A stretch of 64,000 nucleotides of DNA from Bigelowiella natans CCMP2755 (lineage: Eukaryota; Protista; Cercozoa): assembly GCA_000320545.1 (NCBI GenBank), contig ADNK01001913.1, positions 1-64,000 of the forward strand. The letters are read 5' to 3'. The notes beneath the pieces are model-generated. The model made no database searches and was not told where the DNA came from. It was given only the letters and a program-made list of their open reading frames with translations. Below are positions 37,693 to 50,490 of the stretch, piece after piece. Numbering within the stretch: position 1 is the first letter of the stretch; each line of letters begins with the position of its first letter. The position numbers and the translations under genes are program-made.

Positions 37693-40138
37693 ATCTTTCC
37701 CTTTCATCAAACTGTTTTTATTCTTCAATCAAGTGCTCAATAGATCGCTATCTGCAGCATGCATTGTCCTCCTAGCCATGACTGACAACTGATCATGGGC
37801 AATGTACGGAACAACAACAAAGGTTCCGTCTCGCGGCCTTCACCCTCTCAACCTCAACGCTACTAGTTTTATCTGTTTGGATTCCCCCCCCTCCTACATT
37901 CTCTCTGCCAAGCTGGATGCAGACAGAAGAGGGCAGCAGGTTGCTAACGAAAATGAGGAACGTAACGAGAATAAAGTCGACACAGGGGAATGTAACCCCC
38001 CCGCTCAAAATCAAGAAATCGCCGGTGTTTTGCACGCAATGGTACGCCACACGTCAGCTTCTATGACAAATCGGCTTCACTATAACCATCATCACCGTCA
38101 CCACCATCATCCAAAGCTCTCTTCAGCAGCCTCCTCCACAGTAACAACAACAACAACAACGCCGCCGCTGGTGGTGCCATCTAACGGTCTCGAGGACGTC
38201 CTTTCGACGGCGATTTGCCCGGATTCGTGGACGGTTGAGGGCATGTTCCAGCATGACTATGAGGTAGGTTTGGCGCGGCGGGGACAGTCGTTGGCTAGAA
38301 TCGGCTGCTGTGAGTGCTCTGGCACGGAAAGTGACCGTGGTGGTTTTTAACAGGGGCCGGATGATATGCCTGGACACGTGAAGTCCGGGCTTTTGGGTGC
38401 AACTGCCACAATCCCTGTGATAGCGAGAGGAAGTGCGGCAGCATCCTCAACGGGGGGAGGGGGAGGGACTGGTGATGCTGCAAGAGGACGCTCGGTTGCA
38501 ATAGCACCGCATGCTATCGAACTTTGGGAACATAGGAAGGTACAGCGGCCTCCTGTTTTCCACCCAGTCTTGATAGAGAAACCTGCTTTCATTGTCTCTT
38601 TTCGGCCGAGCTACCTACCCCCCCCCCCCCCTCCCCATCCTCGCCATCTCACCAGTGAGTGGCGTCTCAGTACTAAGACTGAATCGAGTTCTTCCTTCAT
38701 TCTTCCCTCGTCGTGTGCGGGTGTAGTAAGCACGCACACTTAGGGGCCTACTACAAGTGGCCCGAGAGAGTAGAAAGGGAGATGTAGTAATTCTGCCTGT
38801 GCGTGTGCTTTGTATGGTGCTATGTTAGTGTCTGGCAACGACGAGGGAAGTCGTCGCATGTTTATCGGTTATTACTTTCCAAACTCCCCCCCCCCCCACT
38901 CGCCCCCACTTGCTACACACTGTTCCAACGGCGGTCGGAGTTGTGGGAGCAACACAAACACGCGCGCACACTACCGCTAATACTAGCACTCACACCACAC
39001 ACACTAGAAAAGCGAAGACGGTACACAACGCTTTTTCCAACACCGCACGCACTCTTTCCGCTATTTAGATACAAGCATCAATGACGCTCTATACACATAA
39101 TACGCAGGACTCCGATATAATTCTCACGAAAAGCATTCCCCTGACCTCGGCCCCACGTTCATCGTCACTAGAGACATGCAAGGGGCACCTCATAGATGCT
39201 ACTTGCGAAATTCTCACACAGTTGAAATCAGGTGAGATCAACCCCATATTCTCTCCGCAAAAGGCCATGCCTCACTGACCTACTTTGCGTTGTTGCTTGT
39301 GACCGCAGAGCTCTCTAGCGTGGAGGTTGGCGTTTTGCACATGTTCAGGTCCGAAGGGCGGTACAATGCCTTCTCGCCCCCTGCCCAACATAGATCGAAG
39401 GAAGAAAATACAGCAAGTTTAGAAAAAATAAACGGGGTGTAGTAGTACTGCACATGACGAATTAGGGTTTTGATAACGCCATATGCGCTCGATTTTCCCC
39501 ACTTCCGGGAAATAAATGTAGTTTTTTTATGACGGCGCGACGAGAATCCAATCCATCTAACCTCCACGCCGTTGACTTTCTACACAAAAAGTTCGGACGA
39601 CTCTTGCGTGATGATCTCGCCCACGGCCTCGGGGGCAGAGGCAGCAATTTCTCAGGTCCAATCAAATAACATCGCGTCCTCCCGCCCCATCCCCTATTCC
39701 CATCCCCAATTAATGCACCTGCTGTCTTCCACAGTGCGAGAATCTGATGAAGTCCACCGCGGGTCGGTATGGGGATTCGGGCAGCGGCGAAGACGGAGAT
39801 CAAAGAAGCTCTTTTGCAGACGCCGCCGGAGCAGTAACTTCAGCCTTACTAGGTGTGCAGGCTGGTGGATGTGAGCTAATCTAGACATCTTGCTACACAC
39901 AAAATCGTCTCGAATTATGTTTGCAATCTGCTCAGGGGTGAAGAGCAGCATACCAGTGCGCAACGGCCAAGTCCTACTACCCGAGGGACATGGGATCTTC
40001 GTCTATCGCCTTCAAGACAGTAAATACTCGCATTGTTCCAAATTGGAAAGGCAAGAGGCAAGTTCCTCTCTCGCTAGTTTTGTAGAAAGCACATCTTCGA
40101 TGTTCGTCGTAGTGCAAGGTGCTCAGGCTTCAACCTGA
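35623..40138 (+). CDS. Protein with signal-like N-terminus and three tandem YjbQ (UPF0047, secondary thiamine-phosphate synthase family) domains
   Basis: Domain 1: GFHLT...SGVLHLYIQ...LNEKADP...LTIPIVDYELALGTWQGFYLCE. Domain 2: PSRGLH...GVLHAMVRHTSAS...FQHDYEGPDDMPGHVKSGLLGATATIPV...LWEHR. Domain 3 (degenerate): HLIDATCEI...SSIPVRNGQVLLPEGHGIFVY...FVVVQG. The join between domains 1 and 2 (37200-37800) is not resolved. Confidence 0.65.
36969..37052 (+). repeat. 42-bp tandem duplication including a splice acceptor (AGLTIPIVDYELAL x2)
   Basis: 36969-37010 and 37011-37052 differ only at CCG/CCA and GAA/GAG. Confidence 0.95.
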
Positions 40139-40165
40139 GAGGAGCCGCCAAGCTACTTCACCCAC

Positions 40166-40233
40166 TCGCTCACGAAGTCTTCGTTAAGTCGATGTGGATC
40201 GCTCACGAAGTCTTCGTTAAGTCGATGTGGATC
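40166..40233 (+). repeat. Perfect 33-bp tandem duplication just 3' of the stop codon
   Basis: TCGCTCACGAAGTCTTCGTTAAGTCGATGTGGA x2, followed by TC. Confidence 0.95.
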
Positions 40234-41297
40234 ACTGCTGGCAGTCTTAGTAGTGCGAGTATTATGTTGATTAGGAAAATGAAAATAATGGGGTGCTGGG
40301 CCGTAACGAAGTGCCCACATTCTGTCACTCAAATGTCTCTAACATTGGAAAAATGATTATCTACCGTGTTTCATGTACACTTACATGTATTTTATTTAAA
40401 TTATTTACGGTTGCCTATGTACATAACTTGTCGATGGGAGAAAGATCAAAAAATAAGGCGCAATAAACGTGGAAGCAAAGAGGTGCGAAAGGTCAAGAAT
40501 GACAAAGCGATATGTCAACATTGAAGAAAGACTTTCCAACCCTAATTGTAACACATGTGCACAGCTATGATCAAGCGGCGCTAGCACCAGCAACAAATAG
40601 CTGCAATCGATCCACATTCACTGTCATTAGATGAAAGATTCCCCCACCGCCCTGCCTGTGCTTTGCTCTAGTGTTTGGCTACGCTTAGCGGCATTTTGGG
40701 TGGTGCGCTATCTGCAGTAAAGAACTCCGGAAAACATTTATTGGCAAGTGCACCAGTGTTTATTAGCCTTGCTGACATGCTAGCGGCCACTACTAACAAT
40801 CTCTAGATCTACGTACCTGCATACATCGTTGACACTACTAGATCACAACATCTGCCATTGCATGCAATTGGGCTCAAATCGTGCAAGTTTTGGCAATTTC
40901 CTTGAGTATTCTGTTGGCATGTGGCATGTTGTAGCTTATCGGCCATGTATAGTGCGTTAAATTTCTTGCCTAAAAATGATGGTGTCATGTGTTGTAGTTA
41001 TGACACTAGTACTTTGCATCATTTGCATGCCGATGAACACCGATCTCAATGAATAGCATGTTGACGCAACATCGTCATGACGAGTAGTGCAGCGCAGCAA
41101 TCTTAGAATTTAGCTCAGTATCTAAAGCATCACATGCTCTACACCGTGTGCCGTATGCGTGCATTCACTCAGATATAGTCAACAGCAAATCCTAAACAAA
41201 GGATTATTTTCATAGCACTCGATACACATCAGACTGAAAAATACGTGCTCTGCAGATCATTACACCTTGTGACGGTGTTTAACGTTAGTCTTATAAT

Positions 41298-42308
41298 TTA
41301 CTCTTCATCACTGACGTCCAGGCTTTGCGACGCCTTCAAAATCCTCCTTCGGGCATATTTGACAACTTCATAATCACATTTATTGATTTTCGCGAACTTA
41401 ATCGCTTGGGACTTCTGAGGAGCTGGCCATTTTATTTTTGTAATTCGTTCATGAGCTTTCGATGTGTTGTCGCTTCTGATGCCAAACTCCTTCAGAAGGA
41501 TTGAGCTTGTCTCCTCGGGATATTCTTTGAAGTCGAGCACGATGTCATATCGATCGACTGAGTTTTTGGCTTTCTCTAAGATCTCGTTGGAGCAATTCAG
41601 GGGGTTTCTCCTGAAATCGGGGACGAGGTGTTGAGTGATGAAGTTTTGACGAAGAATCTTCACTTGGAATGCTCCAAACACCTTATGGCTATCAGACAAG
41701 ACCGCATCACTAATGCTGCCATCAGCAACGTCCTTGCTAGCTATGAAACCCCACTGATTAAGGTGTGACAGGTATCGTTCCCACGGGTCGCGAACCAGAA
41801 GAACTGTGGTGTATGCATCCCAGAATGAAGAAGACAAATCACGATAGCGATCCATGGAAGGGCCGAAGTTATTCGTCTCCCGCCTCAGGCCCATCTCACT
41901 AAAAACAAAGTTACACGCTTCTTCATCAAAGGCCTCGAGCCCCATCTTCGCTTCCTCCGGGGTAATGTCTGCTGCCCGCCACTTCTTCCCGATTAGCTTC
42001 TCAAACCTCACCTGCACCCTGTCGGGACGGCAGTTCGCTCCGAGGGTCGCACGGCAGTCACGTTGAAGGGAGAAATCGACGCAGAGAGAGGAGCCGCCAC
42101 ACTTCATAACGTGCTCTACGAACACTGGCTTGTCAGACCTGACCTTTGGAAGGCCCGTGGTCGTCTGCAGCTCCAGCGGTTGGGCCTCTTTGGACCCATT
42201 GTTCGATGTAAGTGTAGACAGTAAAGCAACACTGGGGCCCTGCGAAGGAAATGCCCACTCAGCCCCGGCAGCTAGAAAGTGAATTCCGAGGTAGAATCGG
42301 AAGAACAT
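41298..42308 (-). CDS. Intronless sulfotransferase-family protein (Sulfotransfer_2/Gal-3-O-like), probably secretory pathway
   Basis: 336-aa ORF. 5'-PSB-like VFVEHVMKCGGSSL, 3'-PB-like LLVRDPWERYLSH, C-terminal N.CDY.V..YA, hydrophobic N-terminus. Confidence 0.85.
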   Translation of the reverse strand: MFFRFYLGIHFLAAGAEWAFPSQGPSVALLSTLTSNNGSKEAQPLELQTTTGLPKVRSDKPVFVEHVMKCGGSSLCVDFSLQRDCRATLGANCRPDRVQVRFEKLIGKKWRAADITPEEAKMGLEAFDEEACNFVFSEMGLRRETNNFGPSMDRYRDLSSSFWDAYTTVLLVRDPWERYLSHLNQWGFIASKDVADGSISDAVLSDSHKVFGAFQVKILRQNFITQHLVPDFRRNPLNCSNEILEKAKNSVDRYDIVLDFKEYPEETSSILLKEFGIRSDNTSKAHERITKIKWPAPQKSQAIKFAKINKCDYEVVKYARRRILKASQSLDVSDEE

Positions 42309-43064
42309 GGATCCCTCTCTTCTCGCGCAACAAGGGGGTGGGGAGGGCTAATGCGATAAAGGAGTCAACCCTTTCAACTTTCCACCATGTGAATACCAAG
42401 ACCCGGCAAGGTGCAGGACCGATTTCTTCTGAAAAAGAAAAGAATAAAAGCCAATTTATCGATGTCGTAATTGTAAAACCACCTACAATCGACAAATAAT
42501 TTTCGTGCTTTGGCAGAACACCAACGCCCTAATTCGAGTTGGACTTGTAACGAGGATGAGAAACTTTTCCCTACGACATGCGAAATTTGTTGTCGTCTAC
42601 CGAAATTTACCGACTAATGAAAATTGGACTTTAGGTTGGAATCCTCAGATAGTGTCCCTTCTGCGACAACCTCATCGTCACCATTCTAGATGTAAACATG
42701 CAATTGCAACGTGGAAAGCATACCTCACCTAGACCGTAATTTGAGCGGAAACTATCCATCCGAAAAAAGGAAAATATTAGAATTTAATTCGTGCGAAAAC
42801 TATCTAAAGCTGTGCTAAAATCAGTTAACGTGGCAAAAGAGGGGTACTTCTTTCTCGTTCAGCCTGCCAGTGAGACCACAAAGTCGTTCACACAAGGATT
42901 TCGGTGAGACAAACGCTCTATCTTTGATCCTGCGACATGAAAATATGGTTGTCGTTCAAAAAGATTTAGCAATTATCTTTTGCCGCGTAGACCTGCGTAA
43001 AGCTTCGAGTTCTCAGGATGGCGTCCCAACCAATGTAGACAATTGAGAACTGCATTCTGTATCA

Positions 43065-43566
43065 ATGGCGGCTCGGTTTAGGACAATAGCTAGTCCGAGC
43101 GAGTTTAATTTTCGATACCTTTTACCCAACATTTATTGTTTTACTTCCTGCCCCTCCCTCGCAATTTCCCGTCAAATCGCCATCGACGTATTGTGCCAGT
43201 ACAATCTTATGTAGTATTCACTCTGCAATTATTTTCTATCCAGACGTCGAACGATAGCGGGATGGCTCGTCCTAATAGCTACAGCTAGCACCTTTTTTGC
43301 TGCTGCCATTTCGAATATTGCTGCCACGACTCCGCAGAAAAGCCTAAGACGGTCTTTAAGCAGTATCTCAAGGGGGGGGGCTGTAGCGCCATTCTTAACG
43401 AACCAACGACAACAAACCAACCCAGGTCGGGTTTTCGGAGTGAGAATTTTGACTACGAATCAACGCTGCTTGACTCCTCGTGTGAAACAAGAAACGATGG
43501 ATGCCGGCAAAGAAAAAGATGCTAAGGTAAAGAGTGACAGCGATTCTTGCATTTTCTATGGTTTTA

Positions 43567-43618
<52 letters not shown>

Positions 43619-43679
43619 CTCTTCTTCCAATGTATGTTTATGCAAGCTGTTCAAATAATTTAATATTATGAATACCCAG

Positions 43680-43722
<43 letters not shown>

Positions 43723-43986
43723 CATGTATATTGCAGCAATAATCTCACGGCACCCTCTTCTATTCAGATAACAACGTCATCGGTGATGAAGAGGGAGCGG
43801 CGGCGTGAAATGCTGCAAACAATGCTTCTGGCCGCTGGTTCTTTGTATCTTCCTTCCGCCTTTCCACTTCGTGCGCTAGCATTCGACAAGACACCGGAGG
43901 GCTACGTTCGCGTTCAGGTTGCGCGACCACTAATTCGGTTTTTTATTTTATCTGTTTTTTCTTTTTCCTTAGAAAATGAGATGTGG

Positions 43987-44034
<48 letters not shown>

Positions 44035-45131
44035 GTTTTTCTCTTTTTCTCCCTCCCACTGTCCCCCTCTCCATATCCTCCTCCTTACGCGCCCCTTGCT
44101 CCTCGTATCTGCTTGTTCGAAGTCGAAATTGGAGGGGTACAAGTTCGTAGTGCCGGACTTTTGGCTGCTTTCTAAGGTTCAATCGATATCTTCACTCACC
44201 GCGCTATCACCCGAACACGGCGCGAATATACATATGCTGTTTTTACTAACAATGAGCGCGACGATCGTATGTGAAGGAATACGATTCTCACAGCCCTGTA
44301 GCAGTGGAAGTCGCTGTCCTTTGTTTTCTTAAAATACATACGGGGGGGGGGGGGGGGGGGATTTTCTCGGTCTACAAGCTTCTGACACATCGTCAAAACT
44401 CACTCGATGACTGTTGCTGCAGACTGCTGGGAACGACGCAGCGTACGAAAACCCTGCCGATTTCCAACAGAACATTTTCGTGGCGATTTCAGGCAAAACA
44501 AAATTCGATTCCGTCTTGGACATTGGAACCCCTGAAGAGGTAAACAGCAGCCCGAGGACGTGGGCAGTAGCACAGTATGCGCCTTCGTTTTGAAGACGCC
44601 GTGGTTTCTCTCACCTTGAAACAGAGGATGTAGTTGTAGTGGCGATATCCGCAACGACTGTGTGAATAATGGCCTTATGGCATCGGTGCTGTCGTGTTAT
44701 TTCGCTGGGTTGTTCAGGTCGCAAGGGACGAGGAAAAGAAGATTCTAGACGAGTTCATGTCTACGAGAATAGGTGGTGTTCGCAGACTACATAAAGGCTG
44801 CTTAAAACCACGTTTTTCCTTCTCTGCTACACACCCTAACACAAGGGAGGACTTCTTTTGAACACTTCTTTTGATTTCGGGTTATCATCGCTCATTGAGG
44901 CCACCAGCGACGACCTAAGAACGTTGTTTCAAGGTTTCAAGCACAACACAATACAGGTGTCAAGCGGGAGTCGAACATCGTATCCGCCACGCAGCGAGAG
45001 GGCAAGAACGGCATCATGTAATAATAGTCCCCTCCACATGTGTTGTAATTGTCGCAAACAATGGATTACTTATTCAAACATGACAATACGTAAATAATAC
45101 GTAAATAGTACATCAAATTACACATATAAAT

Positions 45132-45166
<35 letters not shown>

Positions 45167-46288
45167 GTACTATGATATCGCCGTGCAAGTGAAGTCATTC
45201 GCCTCGCGCAATCAGCTTGCCGTGAGCCAGGAAGATATAGATAAGGTAGCATACGATGATCATTAGTCGCCACTTCTTAAATAGGCCTGAGGGCTGCAAA
45301 AATGCCGAAGACGGGGAGGGGGGGCGGGGAGTTACTAGTAGAGATGTTTTCTTTTGATTTGAATATTCTCGCTTAAGATCTAGATTTTGCTGCAGATACC
45401 GCTAATTTGAATATTTTAAGTTTTGGGCGCCCACTGGCTTCAATAACAGCGAGAGATGCAATTTTCGCACATGTGCAGACGACTGATGAAGAGCTTGCTC
45501 TTTGATGATGCAACAACAGGCCATGGAGCTGGAGTTTGATCGGACGTATATAACCACAATCGGTGTGTGTTCTTCCCTTTCGCGTCGTTTGGCTAGTATT
45601 TTTCCAATGCACTAGTGTTGTGCATACAGCAGCGTTAAGACTCTGCATTGATTGTTACTTCGCTCGCCATTTCTTTGTCGACCGAGCTCCTTCCTTGCCT
45701 CGTCTCCTCCCCTGAACATATTTCTTGCTTGCAATTGCGTGTGGCAGGGGTCGCCAACAACCGCATCTACAATCTTCGGCTGCAAACAGGTTGGGGCATT
45801 TATATTGTGTCACCCGACTACATAGCACGCTCACACAAAAGGCTGTAAATCAAGCATTACTGCATGTCATTCTGGTGTTGTGGTACAATATGTGCGTTGG
45901 GAGTGTACCGAATAATATCAGTGGTTTTCCCTAAACTTCGCAGTCCGAGCTTGCTATAACAATCCTCTTATATCAACGCTCGTCGCAAATATTGCAGGCA
46001 CAAGTGCTTACGCGAGAAGTAAAGGCAACGCATTCCGAACCATCCAGGACTCCTTCGAGGTACATTCTGCTCATCTTACGTGCGCTGCTATTGGTGTGAC
46101 CCTTTCCCGGGAGAGAAGAACTTCCCTCCACACACCAACTGCAGACGCGGCGTCGCTCATTCATTTTTCCTAATCGCCCAATGGCCTGTGATGCCCTCTA
46201 GGTGCTGACTGTGAAGTGCCCTAGTTTGACGAGTTGCAAGCCCAATGGGGCGAAAATCGTCAAGGAGCTGCCAGTGGAACAACCATAA
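43065..46288 (+). CDS. PPD1: PsbP domain-containing protein 1 (thylakoid lumen) with tripartite targeting leader
   Basis: Spliced product has GYKFVVPDFW, IGTPEE, EFMSTRIGVKRESNIVS, YYDIAVQVKSFASRNQLAV, LEFDRTYITTIGVANNRIYNLRLQT and IQDSF, diagnostic of green-lineage PPD1. Leader MAARRRTIAGWLVLIATASTFFAAAIS, then an R/S-rich segment, then RRREML...ALA. Confidence 0.9.
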
Positions 46289-46750
46289 CAGAGACTGCGC
46301 ACATCCAAAAGCCGGAGAATCTACCACGCTAGCATGCATGCATGTATCTTACTACATGTTATTCCGTGCAGCAAAGCAGAGTAATGATGCGGACACATGA
46401 GAGCACGTGCGCTCTAGCTAGCTAGCACTACCGATTTTTCATACCAATAAGCCAATGCGCGACACACATACTGCTAGACTGCTGTAAATTGCAATTTTTG
46501 TTGGTATTAGGTGTAGCGATATACATGTGAAGCAGCATGTAGACTATTTGCTGCCATTTTTTACTACAACGCTTTCTGTGCATGATTTGTGAGTATAGCA
46601 TGCAAAGTAGAGATAAACTACACCACATAAATATCCTCCATGAGCTAGATGAGCGACATGTCTTACTGTTTAAGCAAAGCATAGCTCGTGCGTCAAAGAG
46701 ATAATACGTCAATGTCACGTCTTTAGATAACTTTATGTGATTAGTGCAGC

Positions 46751-46794
<44 letters not shown>

Positions 46795-46844
46795 AAGTTG
46801 CACACATATACGGTACTAAAAGTAATCTGTTAAAGGCGTGCTTA

Positions 46845-46887
<43 letters not shown>

Positions 46888-47528
46888 TCTGTCATACGTT
46901 AACAATATTTATAATCATGTTTACTCAAGTTCGTCTTTAATTTTTACAAAGAGAAATCCTTTGGCCATGTTCAGCTGCATAAGCACGTAGCACTAAGCAT
47001 AGAACTGCAGAGGCCCTGGCCCTAACTTCGCATGTATATTTTTATGATATTCTGTCTGTCTCTCGAAACTGATTGTATGCAACTTGCCGTCTTTACATAT
47101 ACTCAAATGCTCTCCTGCGCCTCCAAAAAAGGGGTATTGATTGAGCGGTAAAATTTGCCTTGTTTTCCCTTCAACATCACCAACAGCTTTGACGGATGGT
47201 AATGACTGTAAATGATGATGGCTGTGGTGAGGGGGAAGGGGTTATGATGGCACTGAAGAAGTAGTCTTCTCGCATATAGAAGCGCGGGGAAGGAACTAGT
47301 GCGGGTTGTGCAAAGTGCATCGCTCCGATGTTCGGGGTGGTAGTTTTTGAGTGAAAGCCCGAGGTGGGAACGTGCGTTTATTTAAACAAGTAGACCGAGT
47401 TGTTGATTTACATTATTGGTTTTTGGGTAGATTGGCAGATGGGGGGGGAGGGGGGGGGGGGGGGGTAAGTGGCTTGTTCGGAGTCTTGAAGGGTGAAGAG
47501 GCTGCCTATATCCATCCAATAATCAACA

Positions 47529-50490
47529 TTATGTACTGCTACTTCTCGCGCCTTCATTACTACTACTTCCTCCGCCATCTGCAGCATTGCCGCTACTACT
47601 CGTTTGAGAGGGCTGCTCCTGCCCGCTTCCCCCACCCCCCTCTTCTTGCTGCTGCTGCTGCGAGTTGGTGAAGCTCCTTGCCACAATCGACGTGAATATC
47701 TTCTTCGCCATCTTGAGGCGCTCGCATGTCTTCGTCTCCTGCAGCAGCACAACAGCGCGGTGCCCCATGCGGGAGAAGGTCGTCACGAGCGCGGCGAACC
47801 AGAATGACCACCGCATGGGCTCGGAGGACGGGTCGGGCTGCTCTCCGATGTGGTGTGCGATTTGCTGGCAAAGGCCGGGAACCTTCTCCAGGAATGCGTT
47901 GGAGAGCTGCACCGTGGCTTTGAGTTCCTGCTCGTCCACGGCCTTGTTCTCCTCCTCGTAAGGCGTGAAGGTGCAATACGCGAGTCCCTGGGTGCCCTCT
48001 TCCACCCACGATTTCGTGACCTTGTTTTTGTGTCGAGAAAGACGAGGCATAACGGAGGGAGGGAGGGGGGGGGGGGGGTCCGTCATTACACGTGGGGAGG
48101 AGGAGGGGAAGGAGGAGGAATAGCAGCGTATAACAGGCCTCGACGGCGGCATGTAGCTGAATAAAGCCAGAAGTAACAGTAACATGTGCAGCAGCATATT
48201 CAGTGTATAGCTCTCTGTGAGTACCTTGACTCTGTCCTGGAGAGTAGCTTTGAGCAGGGCACGGCCATCGGGGAGGAACTCGCATTCGTCCACATGAGCC
48301 ATGAGCCCCAGGTCTCCTTCAGACGCCTGGAAATGGAGGTTATTGCGGTGGTGCTGGTGGTGAGGATGATGATGATGATGACGATGATGATGATGATGAC
48401 AGTGGTGAACGAGAATGAAGCGGCGTATAAGCAGCCCTAGTCGTCAGTGGCAACTCGTCTCGCTGCTATTGTACACGCCTCTGCACATCTGATCTGGAAA
48501 TATTCGCGAAACCCCTTTTGGCACTGCCACCACCACTGAAACTTTGTTACGTCGTACGCGCGCGCGCACACGAACACGTGCATGAAAGAATATGTGCACG
48601 GCTATGGACGCACGCATAAACGCACGCGTAAACAGTTTGTGACCTTGTAGTCCGAGAAGTTCGGTAGGTATATGAACTTGCGATTGGATGAGATACATCG
48701 GTTTATCATGTGCCGGTATCTTTGCTCAAACAGGTGAAGGTGCAGTAAGGAGCCTGACCGGGTTTGTGAGGAGGGCGGAGGATGGGTGAGAAGAAAGAGG
48801 TGTTAGGGAGGTGTAGCAGCGAAGCTATAGCAGCAGCAGCAGCAGCAGCAATAGCACCTGGGAAAAGAACATTGTTGTAGAAGAATATTGGAAGTGTGCT
48901 CTCAAACGTGCTCATGTCCTTTTTGGCCTCGTTTTGTCGCTGTTTTGCACATGTGTTGCCATTTAGCTCGATGAAACACGCATTCAAGAGATTCGGATGG
49001 GGACTGAAATCATCGGTAATTTATGCGGAGCGGAATGGCAATCCCGTCTGCGCACTACCGACGGGTGTTGGGGTTTAGGTGAGATTCGGCGTGGGTCAGT
49101 GGCCCTTTGTTATGGAAGTGTTCTCTTCTAGGTTTAGCCATGCCCCAAACAAGGAATACACCACTGTTAGAAACCCCTTTCGATAGACGCAACATGCCCT
49201 CTGTGATTCATCAGCAACGACGTTGTTACTCGAATAAAATTCGCTTTGCCGTCTCCCCACCCACCCCAAATCTTCCTCTTTTTCATCATCAAGGGAAGAA
49301 AACTGACCTCCTTGTATAGCTCTGGAAATGTCCTCCGAGCAACGTTCGCAAGCATGATGTTGGCAGCATGCTGGAAAAAGGATGAATACCAGATTAACGC
49401 TCAAGATCAAAAATCCAACACGGACAACACGTACAAATACACGTACACGAGCGTACATCTATACACGCAAATTCATTCGCATAAGCACAAGTTTATTTGG
49501 TGTAAACGAATGCGCTTCAGTAAAAGAGAGAAAGAGAGAAAAAAAAAGTTTACAAAAAATGTGGTAATCCAATCCCCTTCGCCTCTCCTTCTAATCCTCC
49601 GTCCTCTTCCTACCGTGGAGGGGTCGATGTGACATACCGCCCTGCAGTTAGGGCACTTCTTCTTAGATCGTTGCAAAGCATGACACAAGCACACCTGAAA
49701 AAACAACAAAGGAAGGAATGGAGACAAAGCCAGACATCGACGCCACTTAGACTGCGACTATCCCTAACTACTACTACTGTTCTACTTTACCCCCCCCACA
49801 CCCCTCTACTCTATGAACAATGTGTCAAAGACTAACCCGGCAGAACGAATGGCCGCACGCGAGGGAGATAGGCTCGGATATTAAGTTCAGGCACAGAGGG
49901 CATGTGAGCATCTCCATCAGCTAAGAGGAAGGGGGGCAAAAGAAGCCAACACGCACAACGGGTGGGAGCACACGATATCAATAAATGAGTATCAAACTAC
50001 ACTCGAAGGTATTAGTCGGAAAATGCTGCATCCGCTAGCCCCCCGCTTACTCCTACCTCTTTGTTTTACGTGTTTAGAAGCAGCGACACAAATAATACTT
50101 GGAGGGGGGGGGATACGAAGGTTACACCGTATCCAATACCTCCTTTTTCGAAGAGTCCTGAGAATTGCACGAGGATCCCGTTGACGAGGAAGTCCTTATT
50201 GAAGAAGATTTTCTATCTCCAGAGAGCTGGGAAGAGGGCCGCGAAACATTTGGAGGGGCTGCTTCTTCAACCTCTGGAGAATTACGTCATGGTAACACCA
50301 GAGGTAATAATAGCATTATGAGGATTGACACGGCGGGTAGAGAAACATATCGCTTATACATCCGAATATTTACCCTACAATCACCCTTTTCTGTACTGAT
50401 CCTCGAAATTCCTTAAAGCTGACCTCCCGCAAGAAAATTGTATATCCCCACACCATCCCCTCAATCAGCAGCCTCGGACCAATTACCCAT
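47529..50490 (-). CDS. RING-HC + LON peptidase N-terminal (substrate-binding) domain protein, LONRF-like
   Basis: [27 protein letters not shown]...KKKCPNCR; [13 protein letters not shown]...LHLFEQRYR; [11 protein letters not shown]; WSFWFAAL...[11 protein letters not shown]. Start and stop positions approximate. Confidence 0.85.

Noticed and set aside
40166-40233. 33-bp direct repeat as a mini-CRISPR or mobile-element footprint
   Set aside because: Two adjacent copies with no spacer and a 2-bp microhomology: an ordinary tandem duplication.
42490-43120. CGAAATT-like motif recurring in divergent promoter gaps
   Set aside because: It also occurs in exons, and enrichment cannot be established by eye.
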